Assembly: GCA_910584725.1 (NCBI GenBank)
Contig: CAJUBE010000006.1
Span: 14,801-78,800, forward strand
From: an uncultured Lachnospiraceae bacterium
GTDB taxonomy: Bacteria; Bacillota; Clostridia; Lachnospirales; Lachnospiraceae
DNA length: 64,000 nt
Reading direction: 5' to 3'
Made by a program: the position numbers and the translations under genes
Shown: in pieces, positions 8,370 through 17,205 of the stretch
Numbering within the stretch: the first letter of the stretch is position 1
Layout: the number at the start of each line of letters is the position of its first letter
Notes under the pieces: model-generated
What the model saw: the letters and a program-made list of their open reading frames with translations, nothing else
Told to the model about the DNA's origin: nothing
Databases searched by the model: none

Positions 8370-9957
8370 TCTCATCCCCTCCCCTCCTGCCAAGCTGCGG
8401 CAGCTTTCTCGTCGCCAGCGTATTGTGTCTCTCAATGATATCCAGTAAGGTCCAGACCACCGCCGCCATGGAGACCACCGCCCCGCCGTAATAGTACAGG
8501 TCGGCAACCGGGTTCCATATCATAATCACAAAGGCGAACAGGATCGCCGCGACAGGTTTCACCAGCACGGGAAGCATCTCTTTTACCATGCCTTTCCGCA
8601 CAGGCTTCTGCCACCGCTCCAAAGTCACGATGCGCATCAGACCAAAACCGCACAAAAGAACTGCAAGCACAGCCAGACTGCTCTCACTACGCACAGCCAC
8701 AGTCACCATAGCCGTCGGCAAAAAAAACAGAAAGATCAGCGCCCCTGCCAAAATCTGCAGCAGCTTGATTCCGCTGGCGGAAAGTCCGAAGATTCTTTCC
8801 TCTTCCACCCGGACATACCGCCCTGCGGCGTGCATATACCCCTTATCGTCTTCCCTCAGTTCCCTCTCCCCGATCCGTGATGTCTGGACACAGGACACCA
8901 CCGCGCAGACAGCCGCCAGAGCTGCCGCCAGAAATAAGGCAACGCCCGGCGTGATGGTAAAGCGCAGATTCAGCAGGAAAAACAGCGGAACCGCCAGAAG
9001 CAGAGAACCCGCCACGTACTTTTTTCTGTCCACAGGCAGATCCGCCGCCGCTTTTCCCGTCTGCCCGTTTACCACGGCGTATGCTATCCTGTCACCCTTC
9101 TTATAGGAGAGAAACCACACGGGAAGCATGGCAAGCTCCGCGGATGTACACGTCGGGCGAAGCGCATTTTTCAGCGCGTCCTTATTTCTCCCGTCCTTCA
9201 CATGATACCGGGCGCACGTCCTGTTGTGCGAAAGCCGCTCATATCCCTCCTCCGTCACAAGCGCATCGGCGTCCTGCCTGTACACGCTGCTGTCCACATC
9301 CTTTGCGTCCGCATAAAAACCGCTCAAAAAAGCCGGTGTAAAAGGCTTGCCCTCCTCCATTCCGTAGGGTGCGATGGCGCCGCTCAGCTCGTCGGAAAAA
9401 TCCGCCGCCGCGTCGTAGGAAATCCCCCGGTAGGACGCATCCACCTCGCTGATGATATCATAGTGTTTTGTCACCAGATAATCCCCTCTCTGATGGCTCG
9501 TACTGCCCGGAAAGGAAATCTTTTCCTTCTTCTCAAAGGCATAGACCCAGTAGGGCATGTAAATTCCCCGGAATTTTTCGATATACGCCTCATCCTTCAA
9601 TTCCTTCGGCGCAAATATGGCGCGGCGCATCATTCTGGCATAGGAAGCCTTGCAGTCCTCCTTTGTCTTGGAAAACGGAATGATGCGGGCAGGTCTCCTC
9701 CCCTTGCCGATCCTGCTCTCCAGAACAGCCGGGGAACCGCAGAAACAGCAGAACGTGGCGGCTGTGTTATCCTCGCTCAAAAGTTCTGCCCCGCACTGGG
9801 AACAGGCAAAAATCGTCGCCTCATATTCACTGTTTTCCGCTTCGTCCCCCTTCTGCAGACTGTAGGGGTTCGCGGTGGTGCCGCAATGGCTGCATACCAT
9901 CTTCTGTGCGGCGATATCATATTTCAGATTGTAGCCGCAGTTTGGACATTCGTACAT
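8362..9957 (-). CDS. double zinc-ribbon membrane protein (unknown function)
   Basis: MYECPNCGYNL...CSHCG and CSQCGAEL...CCFCGS are two CxxC pairs. There are several C-terminal TM helices. The start is set at the internal ATG (MYECPNCG) with aagagga upstream. Confidence 0.6.
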   Translation of the reverse strand: MYECPNCGYNLKYDIAAQKMVCSHCGTTANPYSLQKGDEAENSEYEATIFACSQCGAELLSEDNTAATFCCFCGSPAVLESRIGKGRRPARIIPFSKTKEDCKASYARMMRRAIFAPKELKDEAYIEKFRGIYMPYWVYAFEKKEKISFPGSTSHQRGDYLVTKHYDIISEVDASYRGISYDAAADFSDELSGAIAPYGMEEGKPFTPAFLSGFYADAKDVDSSVYRQDADALVTEEGYERLSHNRTCARYHVKDGRNKDALKNALRPTCTSAELAMLPVWFLSYKKGDRIAYAVVNGQTGKAAADLPVDRKKYVAGSLLLAVPLFFLLNLRFTITPGVALFLAAALAAVCAVVSCVQTSRIGERELREDDKGYMHAAGRYVRVEEERIFGLSASGIKLLQILAGALIFLFFLPTAMVTVAVRSESSLAVLAVLLCGFGLMRIVTLERWQKPVRKGMVKEMLPVLVKPVAAILFAFVIMIWNPVADLYYYGGAVVSMAAVVWTLLDIIERHNTLATRKLPQLGRRGGDENV

Positions 9958-10046
9958 AAAGCAAATCCTCTTTTCCCTTTCTATTTTCAGTATAAGGTAT
10001 CCCGCGCCGCCGCACAATTGCAGAATTTGGCGAGTTTCCGTTTCCC

Positions 10047-12401
10047 TCATTTCGTCACATATTCTTCTATCCGCACGCGCCCGTTCTTCACCCGGACCGT
10101 CACCGCTCCGCCCGCAGGCGTCTGGTAAATCCGGCATTCCCGGTCTGCCAGCCGCTCAAGCGTCTCCTTGTGGGGATGCCCGTAAGCGTTATCCCGCCCC
10201 GCGGAAATCAGCGCAATCCGCGGATCGACCATTTCCAGAAAGTAGGCTTCCGTAGAATTTTTCGAGCCGTGGTGCGCGACCTTGAGCAGCGTGATCCGCC
10301 CGGCAAGCCTGCCTGTCCCGCGCATGTCCGACAGTCTCTTCGTCACAAGGCGCTCGCCCTCCCCTTCCAGATCCCCCGTGAAGAGAGCGGAAAAGTTTTC
10401 GTAAGTCAGATAGAGTACGGTGGAACCCGCATTGGCATCTGAGTTTACATAACTTTTACCCGGGTGTATGCAGGTTAACATAAGTTTACCATTCCGCAAA
10501 TGTTCCCCCTCGCAAAGCAGCCGCACGGGAATGCCGCAGCCCTGCGCCAGCGACACCAGTTCCAGATAATTTTCGTCCCTGCACTCCTCTGCCAGATCGG
10601 GCAGATACAGACAACCGATCCCGATGCCCGTCTCGCCGTATGCTTCCATCAGCCCCTTAATCCCGCTTATGTGGTCCGCGTCAGAGTGGGTGACAAACAC
10701 CGCATCCAGCCGGCTCACACCCCGGTATTTTAAAAACGGGGCGATCTGATAAGTCTCCACTTCCTTCCGATCGGAACTGCCGCCGTCAATCAGATAGTGC
10801 CCGCCCTGCCCGTCCGCCAGATAAATGCAGTCGCCCTGCCCGATGTCCAGCATGGTGATCTCGAAGCCCTGCGGCAGCCGAAAACCCAGAAGGACGACTG
10901 CGCACATAACCGCACACCAGAAATGTCCCTTTTTCATTCTTTTCGTCTTCCCCGCCGTCAAAAACACCGCCATCGAAAGAAGCGCAAGATATGCCATAAC
11001 CTGCCAATTCCCGGGATGCCCCGCCACCCACCGCCGTCCGGGCAGTCCCAGAACAAACGAGGCGCATTTCTCGTAGAAAGTCAAAATCCACACGCCCGGG
11101 ACAGCCGCAAGACGACCAAGCGGCAGCACACATGCCGCCGCCCCCATAACCGCAATGCCGCTTAAAAAAAGCGCCCCCATGCAGGGAATCACGATCAAAT
11201 TTAAAAGCACGGAATAGGGCGGAAATTCGTAAAAAAAGCACAGATACACGGGAAGGGTGCAGAGGGAAATCCAGCCCCCCGTAAACAGCGCCCGCAAAAA
11301 GCGGTTTTCCGCAGGAAAGCGGTCGGACAGCGCAGGAAAGTGACAGGACACCGACGGCAGAAAGCCGATGCCGCACACCGCGCCGAAGGAGAAGAGGAAG
11401 CCGCTCTGCGTCAGATAAAGCGGCTGTTCGACGAGAATCAGAAACGCCGCCGTCGTCATCGCCGTCAGCAGATCGTAGGTTCTGCCGCATAAGTCCGCGC
11501 ACAGTTTCATCCCAAACATGACAAATGCCCTGACGATGGATATCCCCATGCCCGTCATCGTGCCATAGCAGTACATCAACGCCAGAGACAATATGATGTT
11601 AACTGGTTTTGGCACATACATCCGCTGCAAAAGCTTGTGGAATCCCATTCCCAGAATGGACAGGTGGAGACCGCTTATCGCCAGAATATGTATGATGCCG
11701 TTTTGCTGGTACAGACTCTTGATCCCCTCATCTAACGTCGCCTTCTCCCCTAACAGCATGGCGCCCATAACAGACGCCTCCTTTTCGGGGTAACAGGCGT
11801 CAAGAAGGAGCGACAGATATTCCCGGCAGCGGTAAAGCGTCTCACGGAAGGCGGAAAAACCGCCGCTTTCCGCCAGACACGACGCCTTCATCAGCCTGCC
11901 CTGCTGCCCCGAGACGCGGTAATACGCCGCCGCATCAAACTCCCCGGGATTCGTAGCATGGGCAAAGGGTCTAAACTTTCCTTCCACCAAAATAAGACTT
12001 CCCATGGCAGGATTTTCCTCCTGCCCGAGATAGCATAAAATCCCCTCGATTTCTTCCGCGCCCGCAAGCCCGAAGCGCTCCCTGTTTTTCCTCAGTAATT
12101 TTTCTGTTTTCTTTACGGAATCTGCAGCGATTGAATTGGAAAATGCTGTGTCAGAATCTGCCAAGATTTGTTTCAGAACGGATACCTGATCCGTTTTCAG
12201 AATGACGACCTGCTCCAATGTGACCACAAGAACTTCCTCAAAGCCGGAAATCCTATGCTCCTTCCACTCCACACGACCCACGGCGGCGACCGTCTCCCCG
12301 TCGAGACCGCCGTAATCCGGCACTTCGTGCGGAATCAGATTTATCCCAAGAAGCAGAACCATCACAAATGCCAGCCCGAGCAGGCATAGTGGTCTGCGCA
12401 T
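10047..12401 (-). CDS. comEC: DNA internalization competence protein ComEC/Rec2 with a C-terminal metallo-beta-lactamase domain
   Basis: 784-aa polytopic protein. Contains IHILAISGLHLSILG (competence domain) and VTHSDADHISG ... KVAHHGSKNS (MBL domain). Confidence 0.9.
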   Translation of the reverse strand: MRRPLCLLGLAFVMVLLLGINLIPHEVPDYGGLDGETVAAVGRVEWKEHRISGFEEVLVVTLEQVVILKTDQVSVLKQILADSDTAFSNSIAADSVKKTEKLLRKNRERFGLAGAEEIEGILCYLGQEENPAMGSLILVEGKFRPFAHATNPGEFDAAAYYRVSGQQGRLMKASCLAESGGFSAFRETLYRCREYLSLLLDACYPEKEASVMGAMLLGEKATLDEGIKSLYQQNGIIHILAISGLHLSILGMGFHKLLQRMYVPKPVNIILSLALMYCYGTMTGMGISIVRAFVMFGMKLCADLCGRTYDLLTAMTTAAFLILVEQPLYLTQSGFLFSFGAVCGIGFLPSVSCHFPALSDRFPAENRFLRALFTGGWISLCTLPVYLCFFYEFPPYSVLLNLIVIPCMGALFLSGIAVMGAAACVLPLGRLAAVPGVWILTFYEKCASFVLGLPGRRWVAGHPGNWQVMAYLALLSMAVFLTAGKTKRMKKGHFWCAVMCAVVLLGFRLPQGFEITMLDIGQGDCIYLADGQGGHYLIDGGSSDRKEVETYQIAPFLKYRGVSRLDAVFVTHSDADHISGIKGLMEAYGETGIGIGCLYLPDLAEECRDENYLELVSLAQGCGIPVRLLCEGEHLRNGKLMLTCIHPGKSYVNSDANAGSTVLYLTYENFSALFTGDLEGEGERLVTKRLSDMRGTGRLAGRITLLKVAHHGSKNSTEAYFLEMVDPRIALISAGRDNAYGHPHKETLERLADRECRIYQTPAGGAVTVRVKNGRVRIEEYVTK

Positions 12402-12418
12402 ATTTTTTCCTCCCTATC

Positions 12419-12582
12419 TTTTCACTCTAACCGCCATGATTCCGCTTCGCGGAATCTCAAATCAATACGGAGAATGCCGTATTTCAGGCATTCTCCTGAG
12501 TGAAACGGAGTTGCAAGGCAACTCCTAGAACTTCTTAGCGAGACAGCCGCTGCTGTCGAGCTCTAGAAGTTCTTTTCACTCT
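12419..12582. repeat. composite nested-palindrome (REP-like) element, modules A+B+small hairpin+C
   Basis: ttttcactct; hairpin gattccgc-ttc-gcggaatc; hairpin ggagaatgcc-N8-ggcattctcc; gagtgaaa; hairpin ggagttgc-aag-gcaactcc; long imperfect hairpin tagaacttcttagcgag...cgagctctagaagttct; ttttcactct. Confidence 0.8.
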
Positions 12583-13502
12583 AATATATCCAAGTTTCTC
12601 TCAAACACATTGTTCAGGCTCATATTCTCCCGGTATGAAATATTTGTCTCACCGTTTATGGATATCTGCACCCGATTCACATTGGAAAGCTCCGCCAGCG
12701 AATTGGTGATGGAATAGATCGTTACATCGGAAGCTACATTGTAGGGTTGGTTGAGGAAATCATTATTTAAGTTTACATAACACGTCCCATCCTTCACGGT
12801 GACACTCACAATTTTTGTCGTCGGATTGATCGTCGGGTACGCGCCCTCCGCCATCGGGCCCTCCACAAGCTTCTCCACCACAAGCTTCTCCAGCGAAATG
12901 TTGCTGTTGTACACCACATTGCGGCGGGTTTCCTCCACCAGACTGTCCCCCGTCTCATTGGCGAAATAGAGCCGCAGATCCACCTTTTCATAGGCGTTAA
13001 TCTCATTGCCCGCATTCTCGATAAAGGTGTCCGCCGCCATCACTCCCACAGCCGCTCCCGCCGCGTCCATAAGCTGCTCCCCGTTCACCGTAAAGGTGAT
13101 CCGCTCCACACCCGGAATCTGCGTCAGCGTCCTCACAATAGAAGCCCGCGCAAGAATTTCCCGCGTTCCACGCAGATTGTGATACCTCTCGTCAAAATCC
13201 AGCGTCAGCAGGCCGTTGTCGAGCGTGTGGCCCGCCACCGAAATTTCTTTCTCAAGCAGCGTCTCGTACTCCATCTTCTCCGATATGTGGGCAAGCTGCT
13301 CCAAAAACTCCGCGAGCAGAAGCGCCCCGTCCGATGTTTCACTCGTATACTCCCGGTCGACGATCTTCGTCTCATCATTGTTTACATAATATATCTTGTA
13401 CGAAGTGCCCTCCTGCGCTTCCCTCCTGTCCCCACAAGCCGTACACAGGAGCAGTCCCATGACCAGCGCGATGCGCAAAAGCAGGTGTCCCGCCTTTTTC
13501 AT
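12576..13502 (-). CDS. gerM: GerM-like (GerMN domain) lipoprotein
   Basis: Lipoprotein signal MKKAGHLLLRIALVMGLLLCTAC, then two GerMN-like halves. GGAGG lies 5 nt upstream of the ATG at 13502. Confidence 0.75.
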   Translation of the reverse strand: MKKAGHLLLRIALVMGLLLCTACGDRREAQEGTSYKIYYVNNDETKIVDREYTSETSDGALLLAEFLEQLAHISEKMEYETLLEKEISVAGHTLDNGLLTLDFDERYHNLRGTREILARASIVRTLTQIPGVERITFTVNGEQLMDAAGAAVGVMAADTFIENAGNEINAYEKVDLRLYFANETGDSLVEETRRNVVYNSNISLEKLVVEKLVEGPMAEGAYPTINPTTKIVSVTVKDGTCYVNLNNDFLNQPYNVASDVTIYSITNSLAELSNVNRVQISINGETNISYRENMSLNNVFERNLDILE

Positions 13503-13514
13503 ACTAACCTCCAT

Positions 13515-13533
13515 GATTCCGCTTCGCGGAATC
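13515..13533. repeat. GATTCCGC-N3-GCGGAATC hairpin immediately upstream of the gerM RBS
   Basis: Minus strand reads gattccgcgaagcggaatc atGGAGGttagt ATG. Confidence 0.8.
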
Positions 13534-13548
13534 TCAAATCTACTCCCA

Positions 13549-15063
13549 TTAAACAGCAATGTACTTCAAAGGAATTTTCACCGTAAAATCGGTGCCCTCC
13601 CCCTCAATGCTCGCCACCTTGATCGAACCTCTGTGCATGACAACCGCGCTTTTGGTGATGGCAAGTCCCAGCCCTGTGCCCCCGATCTCCCTGGAACGCG
13701 ACTTATCCACACGGTAAAAACGCTCATAGATATGTTCCAGCGCATCCTCAGGGATGCCCACGCCGGAATCCTCCACTTTCACCGTGAAGAACTGGTGGTC
13801 TGCATCCAGCGTCACTTTCACAAAGCCGTGTTCTTTATTGTACTTGATCGCGTTCTCCACAAGATTGGAGAGCGCAAGCGTGAGTTTTACTTCGTCCACC
13901 GACGCCTTCACAGGCCGCAGGCTCTCATACACAAGCTGCACATCTCGGCGCTGTGCGATGGGACGCAGCCGTCTCATAATCAGCTCCACAAGCGCGTTGA
14001 TATCCACCTCTGATATATTCAGATCCGCCGATGTCCTGTCCATTTTTACGAGAGAGAGCAGATCGTTGATGATCTTATCCTCCCTCTCAATCTCAGCGGC
14101 GATATCTGTCATAAACTCCTGATAGACTTCTAACGGCACATCCTTCTGAGTAATCAAGGAATCCGCCAGCACCTTCATGGAGGTGATCGGCGTCCGCAGT
14201 TCATGGGACACGTTGGACACAAACTCCTGTCTGGAATCATCCAGCATCTTCATACGCCCCAGCACCCGGTTAAAGGCGTCGCCGATATGCTCCGTCTCCA
14301 GACAGTCCGTCACAGAAATGGGATCGCTGGTATAGCCCTCCTGCACCTGGTCTAACGCCGCTATCATCTTTTTAAAGGGCGCAAACAAAAATTTGGATAC
14401 CAAAAGCGTCACCACAAAAATCAGTATGCCGACAATTGACATGATGATTACCGCCTGCCGGTTCAGGATATCCATAGTCGCGATAATGCTGTCGTTGGAT
14501 GCGCTCACAAGCATCACACCCCGCACCAGATCAATGCGTTCCCCGGTGCCAACCGGAAGATCCGCCTCCAGCGTCTCCGTGATCGGTATGGTCATCTCAA
14601 TATAGCCGTTTTCCCTGTCGTATCTGTTTGCGCTCTCGCCGCGCAGACAGCGGATGACCTCCTCCGAGATTATGGTTTTTCCCTCGCTGATACCGTAGGT
14701 GTCCTTCACAATCCGAAGATCTGCGTTGATGACAAGCACGCGGCCGTCATACAGATTCGAGAGCTGCTCCAGCTCCGCATTGATGACCTCGGAAGAAGTA
14801 TCCTGCAGATAATGGTAGGTAATCAGATGATTTGCCAGAATCCTGACTTGGGTGGAAATGTCAGAAGTTCTGACATTTACCGCCCGCTGCTCATAATTCT
14901 GCAGGATCGCATAGCGCATGATAAAGCACGGAATCAGCCCGACAATGAGCAGAATCAGAAAAATACGCCCCTTCAGGCTCCTCAAGAATGTAATTTGATG
15001 AAAATGTGTTTTAAGCAAAGTAATATCCAACGCCCCACTTCGTCCGCACATACACGGGCTCAC
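13549..15063 (-). CDS. sensor histidine kinase (TM - extracellular domain - TM - HAMP - HisKA - HATPase_c)
   Basis: H-box SNVSHELRTPITSM, N-box NLVENAIKYN, G-box GTGLGLAI. The exact start is uncertain: ATG at 15063/15051, or a TTG overlapping the regulator stop. Confidence 0.85.
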   Translation of the reverse strand: MSPCMCGRSGALDITLLKTHFHQITFLRSLKGRIFLILLIVGLIPCFIMRYAILQNYEQRAVNVRTSDISTQVRILANHLITYHYLQDTSSEVINAELEQLSNLYDGRVLVINADLRIVKDTYGISEGKTIISEEVIRCLRGESANRYDRENGYIEMTIPITETLEADLPVGTGERIDLVRGVMLVSASNDSIIATMDILNRQAVIIMSIVGILIFVVTLLVSKFLFAPFKKMIAALDQVQEGYTSDPISVTDCLETEHIGDAFNRVLGRMKMLDDSRQEFVSNVSHELRTPITSMKVLADSLITQKDVPLEVYQEFMTDIAAEIEREDKIINDLLSLVKMDRTSADLNISEVDINALVELIMRRLRPIAQRRDVQLVYESLRPVKASVDEVKLTLALSNLVENAIKYNKEHGFVKVTLDADHQFFTVKVEDSGVGIPEDALEHIYERFYRVDKSRSREIGGTGLGLAITKSAVVMHRGSIKVASIEGEGTDFTVKIPLKYIAV

Positions 15064-15700
15064 CGGGCACTTCCTCTATTTTTTCGCGCAGTCTTCTGAT
15101 ATGTACGTCCACAGTCCGCACATCACCGGGATAATCGCTTCCCCACACCAGCTTAAGAAGCTCCTCCCTGCCGTAAACCTTTCCGGCATTCCGCATCAAA
15201 AGCTCCAGCACCTCAAATTCCTTGGCGGTCAGGTTGATCTCCCGATCCTTGATATGCACTCTCCTGCCCTCGCAGTCAAGGCGCATATCACCCCGCTCCA
15301 CCAACCGGGGCTCCTCCTTTTTCTCCGGAGCCTGACGGTTCGTCCTGCGCATAATGGCCTTGATTCTGGCCTTTACCTCCAAAATATTAAAGGGCTTTGT
15401 AATATAATCGTCAGCACCGTTGTCAAGCCCCAGAATCTTATCCATATCATCGCCCTTGGCCGTCAGCATGACGATCGGCACATTGGAAAACCCGCGGATC
15501 TGCTGGCACACCTCAAACCCTGTCATTTTGGGCAGCATGACATCGAGGAGGATCATGTCATACGCGTTCTCCTCCGCCAGTCGCAGGGCCTCCTCCCCGT
15601 CGTAGGCGCAGTCCACTTCCATGCCGTCCTGCTCCAGACTGAACCGGATCCCTTTCACGATCAACTTTTCGTCATCCACTACCAAAACTCTCTGTGCCAT
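15011..15700 (-). CDS. OmpR-family response regulator
   Basis: Receiver VLVVDDE...MILLDVMLPKMTGFEV...TAKGD...DDYITKPF plus a winged-helix C-terminus RTVDVHIRRLREKIE...VRTKWGVGY. Confidence 0.9.
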   Translation of the reverse strand: MAQRVLVVDDEKLIVKGIRFSLEQDGMEVDCAYDGEEALRLAEENAYDMILLDVMLPKMTGFEVCQQIRGFSNVPIVMLTAKGDDMDKILGLDNGADDYITKPFNILEVKARIKAIMRRTNRQAPEKKEEPRLVERGDMRLDCEGRRVHIKDREINLTAKEFEVLELLMRNAGKVYGREELLKLVWGSDYPGDVRTVDVHIRRLREKIEEVPGEPVYVRTKWGVGYYFA

Positions 15701-15722
15701 ACTCCCTGCCCTGCCTGTCTTT

Positions 15723-16595
15723 CTAGTTTACACTTATGCTGTCCTTTATTTTCTCATACATACCTTCTTTGATGCCGTTTACTTTCATAATGTCTTCCGG
15801 CTTCTCAAACGCCCCGTGAGATTCCCTGTAAGATATGATGGCTGCCGCCCTCGTTGCGCCGACGCCGGGAATTTCGCAAAGCTGCGCCTCCGAAGCGGTA
15901 TTGATGTTGATTCTGCCGCCCTGCGCGCCGTCTGTGTCTCTTCCCTGTCCTTCCGGAGCTGTGCCGCCGACAATGCCGATCTCTTTCCCCGCGCTGTCCT
16001 GCGGTTGATCTGATACGCCCTCCTGCGCCTTTTCCGACGCGAAAGCTGCTTCCCTCTCTTCGGCGGCTGCCGCCTCCTCCCTCGTGGGAATCACCAACTT
16101 CACGCCGTCCTCCAGAGCCTGCGCCTGGTTTACATAATTCTGTTCCGCATTCTCCGTAAAGCCACCCGCCCGCTGTACCGCCTCGTAGACGCGGCTTCCC
16201 GTCTCCAGCTCATAAACGCCCGGTCTCGCCACCGCGCCGCAGACGTGGACGTAAATCACGCCGGACTGTATTGCCGCTGCATCCGCCTGCGCCAAATTCG
16301 ATGTGGCGGACATCTCCGTCCCCCTGTCCTCTCCGTCCGCGGCACGCTGCTCCTTTCCCGTCGAAACGCCCTGTGCGGAGACTTCCTGTCCGGCAGCCAC
16401 AGTTTCCCCCGTATCTCCCGTCAAAACTGTCTGTCCAACAGCGTCCCCCTGTAAAGCGGACTGCCCCTCCGCCGCGTTCTCCTCATGCAAAAGAAGAAGC
16501 TCTTCCTTCTTCGTACAGCCGCACAACAGCAAAAGCAGTGCGAATGCCAGTCCCACCTGCCATATCCTGTCTGCCTGTCTCTTTCCTTTTTTCAT
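15723..16595 (-). CDS. comEA: competence protein ComEA (SLBB + tandem helix-hairpin-helix)
   Basis: Signal anchor with lipobox LLLLCGC, a low-complexity linker, SLBB-like YVHVCGAVARPGVYEL, and the C-terminal HhH INTASEAQLCEIPGVGATRAAAIISYRE. Alternative start at 16601. Confidence 0.8.
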   Translation of the reverse strand: MKKGKRQADRIWQVGLAFALLLLLCGCTKKEELLLLHEENAAEGQSALQGDAVGQTVLTGDTGETVAAGQEVSAQGVSTGKEQRAADGEDRGTEMSATSNLAQADAAAIQSGVIYVHVCGAVARPGVYELETGSRVYEAVQRAGGFTENAEQNYVNQAQALEDGVKLVIPTREEAAAAEEREAAFASEKAQEGVSDQPQDSAGKEIGIVGGTAPEGQGRDTDGAQGGRININTASEAQLCEIPGVGATRAAAIISYRESHGAFEKPEDIMKVNGIKEGMYEKIKDSISVN

Positions 16596-16679
16596 CTGCA
16601 TAGTCTCCCTTCCGGGCTTCATCGCCCCTTGGGAGGTTCCCGCTATGCGCTGTATTCTCATTGTAAAATAAATCCCGTC

Positions 16680-17111
16680 CTATGTCCACTTAAAAATTAT
16701 GATTCCGGCAATCATCACACCCGCTCCCAGCAGCTTTTTCATCTCTAGGGGCTGCTTCTCCACCCCGAATAGACCGAGAACTTCAATGACATAGGCGATG
16801 ATAAGCTGGGAAACCACGATAAACATCACTGACCGCGCAGGCCCGAGCTGCTCCATGCTCTTGATGACGGTGTACGTGATAAAGGTGCCGATGGCGCCGC
16901 CGAGCAGCATGTATTTCGGCTCCACCTGTAAGAGCGCGGAAAACGACGCCCGATCCGTGGCAAGCCAGACGGCCAGACAGACCAAAAGCGCCGTAAACTG
17001 CACAAAAGCGTTGGCCACCCAAATCCCTGACTGTTTCGTGACCTGCGTGTTAAAGACTCCCTGCACACTCATCAGCGCACCGGATAAAATGGCGATCCAA
17101 AATCCTAACAT
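16680..17111 (-). CDS. DMT-superfamily small membrane protein (YdcZ/DUF606-like)
   Basis: MLGFWIAILSGALMSVQGVFNTQVTK... has about 4-5 TM helices. GGGAGG lies 5 nt upstream of the ATG at 17111. Confidence 0.65.
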   Translation of the reverse strand: MLGFWIAILSGALMSVQGVFNTQVTKQSGIWVANAFVQFTALLVCLAVWLATDRASFSALLQVEPKYMLLGGAIGTFITYTVIKSMEQLGPARSVMFIVVSQLIIAYVIEVLGLFGVEKQPLEMKKLLGAGVMIAGIIIFKWT

Positions 17112-17205
17112 AATTACCTCCCGTCCTCTGACTCTGCCTATACGCGCAGAGTGAAACAAGACAGCAAAAGCTGTCTTGTCTTAGGTTGACCATATCGGTC
17201 GGTAA

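Noticed and set aside
12419-12582. Intergenic hairpin repeats considered as a CRISPR array
   Set aside because: The units are internally palindromic modules in variable order, not direct repeats at constant spacing with unique spacers. There are no cas genes in the window.
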